NCBI GenBank assembly: GCA_963701295.1
Contig: OY969585.1
Coordinates: 1,664,001 to 1,728,000, forward strand
From: Ignavibacteriota bacterium
GTDB taxonomy: Bacteria > Bacteroidota > Ignavibacteria > UBA10030
Direction: 5' to 3'
Length of the DNA: 64,000 nucleotides
In this document: positions 60,707-64,000 of the stretch, in pieces
How positions within the stretch are numbered: position 1 is the stretch's first letter
How the letters are laid out: each line of letters opens with the position of its first letter
The notes under the pieces: generated by a model
What the model saw: only the letters and a program-made list of their open reading frames with translations
Told to the model about the DNA's origin: nothing
Database searches by the model: none
Program-made: the position numbers and the translations under genes

Positions 60707-61535
60707 TTATTGTAGAACGACATTAATAAAAAGACTATCGCTGGCAAACGCTGTAAATATACCTAACCCATTATTGACATTTGTCAGTGGTTCGTTGAGA
60801 CTTCGAGAATCCTGCTGCCGGGATTTATAGAGATTTACATATTCTTGATTTACCCGATAGACCGTTACTTTATATTTACCGGTATAACTGATATCCTGAT
60901 CAAAGACTCGATAATGATCTTCTGCGGTAGGTTCCGTTACAAACCGACGGTTGCGAAAGAAAGATATTGTATCCGATTGAAGCGCTTGACGGGTCGAGTC
61001 AACACTCTCGACAACCACATAATAAGGATCTGCAGCAGGATTACTCCAGGAAACAATTAACGAATCTGAAGACGTAATCGTTTCACGTGTTCCGCCATAT
61101 CGCGTAGTTACTGAGTCTGTCGTAAATGTCATAGTCGAAATGTTCGCGGATAAACCCTGCGGCTTCGGTGGCACAGTGGTCTGCGCTGTTGAGATCATTC
61201 CATTGTAGCTCACTTCAATTCTGTATTGGTCATTAGATCGAACGGAAAGATCGGTTCCTGCATAATAATATTTTCCAGTACCTCTGATTGGAAGGAGCCA
61301 ACTGATAGCTCGAATTATTTTTATAAAGGGTGACATTTGCTGTTGAAACTGGTGTGTTGACCGTATCGAAACTTGAAAGCGGCCTGCTTAACATAACAGT
61401 AATTTCCGTGACGGGTTCATTTGCATACAAATATGCTTGGAGCACAATCTGTTGACTCTCGGGAATGACAGGATTCTTCTCACAGCCCGAAACCACCAGG
61501 ATAAGCACGCAGAAAAGACGAATACTTTTTTTCAT
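60707..61535 (-). pseudogene. DUF4249-family lipoprotein, frameshifted near 61285 (probable sequencing error)
   Basis: Lipobox VSGC; VLQAYL; second frame carries G.Y, TTVP and TNVNNGLGIF. Confidence 0.75.
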
Positions 61536-61545
61536 GATCGTTCCC

Positions 61546-63975
61546 TTAAAATTCATATTGAACAAAAACAGATGGAAGGAAACCCAATCCAGTCACCGCT
61601 GTTACAATGATCGGTTGAGTATTCAAATTGTATTGGTAGTATGATATATTGACATGGTTATAGACATTGAAGAGCGAAATACCGACGTTCAATGACGATT
61701 CTTCCAAACGGAATTTCTTTGAGACACTGAGATCCAGCCGCTGATAATCGGGCAAGCGATAGGCATTCTGCCCGCTGACATGCGTATAGCTGTACGCAGT
61801 GCTATCTAGAAGAACAAGAGAGTATTGACTGATAGGTGCTGTATATGGCTTTCCGGTTGCATAGATTAATGTTGCAGAAACGTTCCAGTCGCTTCCGAGA
61901 TCAACATTACCAACGATCTTCAACTCATGCGTCTGATCATTGTCTGCAGGAAAATATTGGCCATCATTCAACTCCGGATAGCGATCCTCTGCTTTGCTCA
62001 GAGTATAACTGATCCATCCAGTTAAGAATCCGCTCTTCTTTTGTAATAAGCATTCCACACCTTTCACACGTCCGTCACCGCTTAAAAACGTGTATAGATC
62101 AAGCGGATCACGGCGATAGCGTTGGGTAAACTCGACCAGATTGCTTAAGTCTTTATAAAAGCCTTCGACATCAACAACATATAATTCATTTTCCCATTCC
62201 ACACCAGCAACAGTATGGATCGCTTTGCTTGGTAACAGCGAATTATCTGCGAGGATCCAGAAATCACGGCTTGCTTGCGTAACATCTTCATTTAATATTT
62301 GGTTTACAAACTGATGATGGATGCCATAAGCTGCTTTCAGGGAGATATCGTCGGTAAGTTCATAACGCGACGAAAGTCTCGGCTCCAGATACCATGAATT
62401 TGTCTCTGAGTAATAATTAGATCGCAATCCTCCAGTCACAGAGAACCGATCAGAGAGCGTCCATTTATCTTGAATATATGCCGCAGCCAACGATCCATGC
62501 TGATTCAAAGCCAGAATATTTTGTGTCTCTTGTGATGAATTAAGACCCGAGAGTGAATATTGCACTGCTGTTTGAGATACCTGGAAACCAAACCCTAACT
62601 CATGTGCCGACGTCAGTTTCCAGACATTATCTTCCGAAAAGTTCATATCATCAATTTTATTATTTTCATCAGTCGAAAATTGTGTTGCATTAGTTGTTTG
62701 CGATCCTGTATTTGAAGTAAATGCACTAGTGTAACCGTTGTATGCGAGAATCACGTTAGAATAAAAGTCATCACCCCATTGCGCAAACAGCTTGATACTT
62801 GCACCATCGTTCCCTTGCTGGGTGTTGTTTGAACTCGACGGTACACGAAATCCGAAACCAAAACCAGAGCCGTTTTGAGTTGATGATTGCTGGCTTAGGT
62901 CATAATCATCAGAACTTTTATAATAACTCGCAGACAAAATATATTTCGATGCGATGGTGTAGGAATATTTCGCATTCAGATCAAGGAATGCCGAACTCGG
63001 AGTCTGTTGTTGCGAATATGCACTGCCAAATCTTCCACCTCTTTGCGACCCGCTCGTTGATTGCGGTGCATCAGTGCCGGTAAGTAATTTATAGATACTA
63101 TTATAGGCATTGCTCGCAATAATATCACTATACGATCTGCGTGCAGAGATGAGAAACGAGCCATCTAATAACGGTCCTTCGAGAGTTGCATTACCGCTGA
63201 GCAAACTCAATCCGGCAACTCCATGGATCTCATCCGAATTACCTGTCTTCCCGACCATATCGATGACACTCGATAGCCGTCCGCCATATTTTGCCGGAAA
63301 AGCACCTTTATAGATCTGTACATCTTTAATGGCATCAGGATTAAATGCGCTGAAGAATCCAAAAAAATGATCAACATGATACACCGTCATTCCATCAAAG
63401 AGAATGAGATTCTGATCAGGCGTGCCGCCACGAACATACAGGCCAGACGATCCATCGTTCGTCGCTGAAATTCCGGGAAGCAGTTGGATTGAGCGAAAGA
63501 TATCCACCTGACCGACACTTGGAAGTGTCGCAATCTGTGTTGGTGATACCGTTGTGAGGCTAGGTGTTGATTCTGTTTTTATAAAGTTGGATTGAGCTGC
63601 TGAAACAGTCACTCCTTCCACATTGATGGACGTTTGTCTCATTTTGATAAGCATTCCTGTATTCTTTGAGTCTTGATCAATCGGAACTTCAACTTGAAAA
63701 TATCCCATATAGGTCACTTGAAGAAAGCACAGTGAATCAGGGACATTGTGCAACAGAAAAAATCCTTCGACATTTGTTTGTGTGCCAATTTTCGTCCCTT
63801 TGATCATCACGTTGGCATAAGGCAATCGCTCCTTACTGTTACCATCTATGACTTGTCCGGAAATAGTTTTGGATTGTCCCAAAAGAGGAATGTAAAGGAA
63901 GACCAAACACACTCCCATACTTAATAACCAAGCAGAAAGAAAGAATCTTAGTTTCTTATCGGGCATGGAATTCAA
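61546..63975 (-). CDS. TonB-dependent receptor (CarboxypepD-reg-like N-domain, plug, barrel)
   Basis: DIFRSIQLLPGI; VRGGTPDQNL; KYGGRLSSV; LEPRLS; YQRLDLS; terminal YEF. Confidence 0.9.
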   Translation of the reverse strand: MNSMPDKKLRFFLSAWLLSMGVCLVFLYIPLLGQSKTISGQVIDGNSKERLPYANVMIKGTKIGTQTNVEGFFLLHNVPDSLCFLQVTYMGYFQVEVPIDQDSKNTGMLIKMRQTSINVEGVTVSAAQSNFIKTESTPSLTTVSPTQIATLPSVGQVDIFRSIQLLPGISATNDGSSGLYVRGGTPDQNLILFDGMTVYHVDHFFGFFSAFNPDAIKDVQIYKGAFPAKYGGRLSSVIDMVGKTGNSDEIHGVAGLSLLSGNATLEGPLLDGSFLISARRSYSDIIASNAYNSIYKLLTGTDAPQSTSGSQRGGRFGSAYSQQQTPSSAFLDLNAKYSYTIASKYILSASYYKSSDDYDLSQQSSTQNGSGFGFGFRVPSSSNNTQQGNDGASIKLFAQWGDDFYSNVILAYNGYTSAFTSNTGSQTTNATQFSTDENNKIDDMNFSEDNVWKLTSAHELGFGFQVSQTAVQYSLSGLNSSQETQNILALNQHGSLAAAYIQDKWTLSDRFSVTGGLRSNYYSETNSWYLEPRLSSRYELTDDISLKAAYGIHHQFVNQILNEDVTQASRDFWILADNSLLPSKAIHTVAGVEWENELYVVDVEGFYKDLSNLVEFTQRYRRDPLDLYTFLSGDGRVKGVECLLQKKSGFLTGWISYTLSKAEDRYPELNDGQYFPADNDQTHELKIVGNVDLGSDWNVSATLIYATGKPYTAPISQYSLVLLDSTAYSYTHVSGQNAYRLPDYQRLDLSVSKKFRLEESSLNVGISLFNVYNHVNISYYQYNLNTQPIIVTAVTGLGFLPSVFVQYEF

Positions 63976-64000
63976 TTCCTTATAGTAATAAATTGAATAA

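Noticed and set aside
267-63313. Numerous 60-200 aa antisense or alternate-frame ORFs in the track
   Set aside because: They are shadows of well-supported genes, except those used above to repair frameshifts.

Overview
Bacterial genomic window, most likely from an Ignavibacteria-like member of the Bacteroidota-Chlorobi group. This is inferred from the T9SS C-terminal sorting domains of the 'GNYPNPFNPTT' type and the TonB-receptor/DUF4249 pairs. Layout: (1) 1-5.7 kb: three T9SS-secreted proteins, two sharing a near-identical 560-bp C-terminal cassette. (2) 5.7-21 kb: a stress-type island (two csbD, GT4 plus GH130, small proteins, RNB ribonuclease, OYE, grpE, cbpA-like, NarL-type regulator, ECF sigma, PAS hybrid kinase). 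Four of its promoters carry the same ~40-bp box exactly 23 nt upstream of a TAnnnT -10 element. (3) 21-29 kb: LysE and PAS/Cache two-component genes. (4) 29-45.6 kb: membrane, secreted and TonB-dependent genes, including a YceI-linked four-His membrane protein. (5) 46.4-60.6 kb: an intact 10-gene cluster. It holds a split glutamate-synthase-like enzyme (one complete and one degenerate FMN subunit plus a GATase-GXGXG fusion), HdrC, HdrB, an HdrA with an embedded GltD-like module, two MvhD, MetV and a MetF lacking the conserved folate-site Asp. This cluster is the best candidate for an undescribed system. (6) 60.7-64 kb: a second TonB receptor/DUF4249 pair. Several single-base frameshifts outside the 46-60 kb cluster suggest consensus errors. 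No rRNA, tRNA, CRISPR array or transposase was recognised. All calls are by eye; no database search was run.
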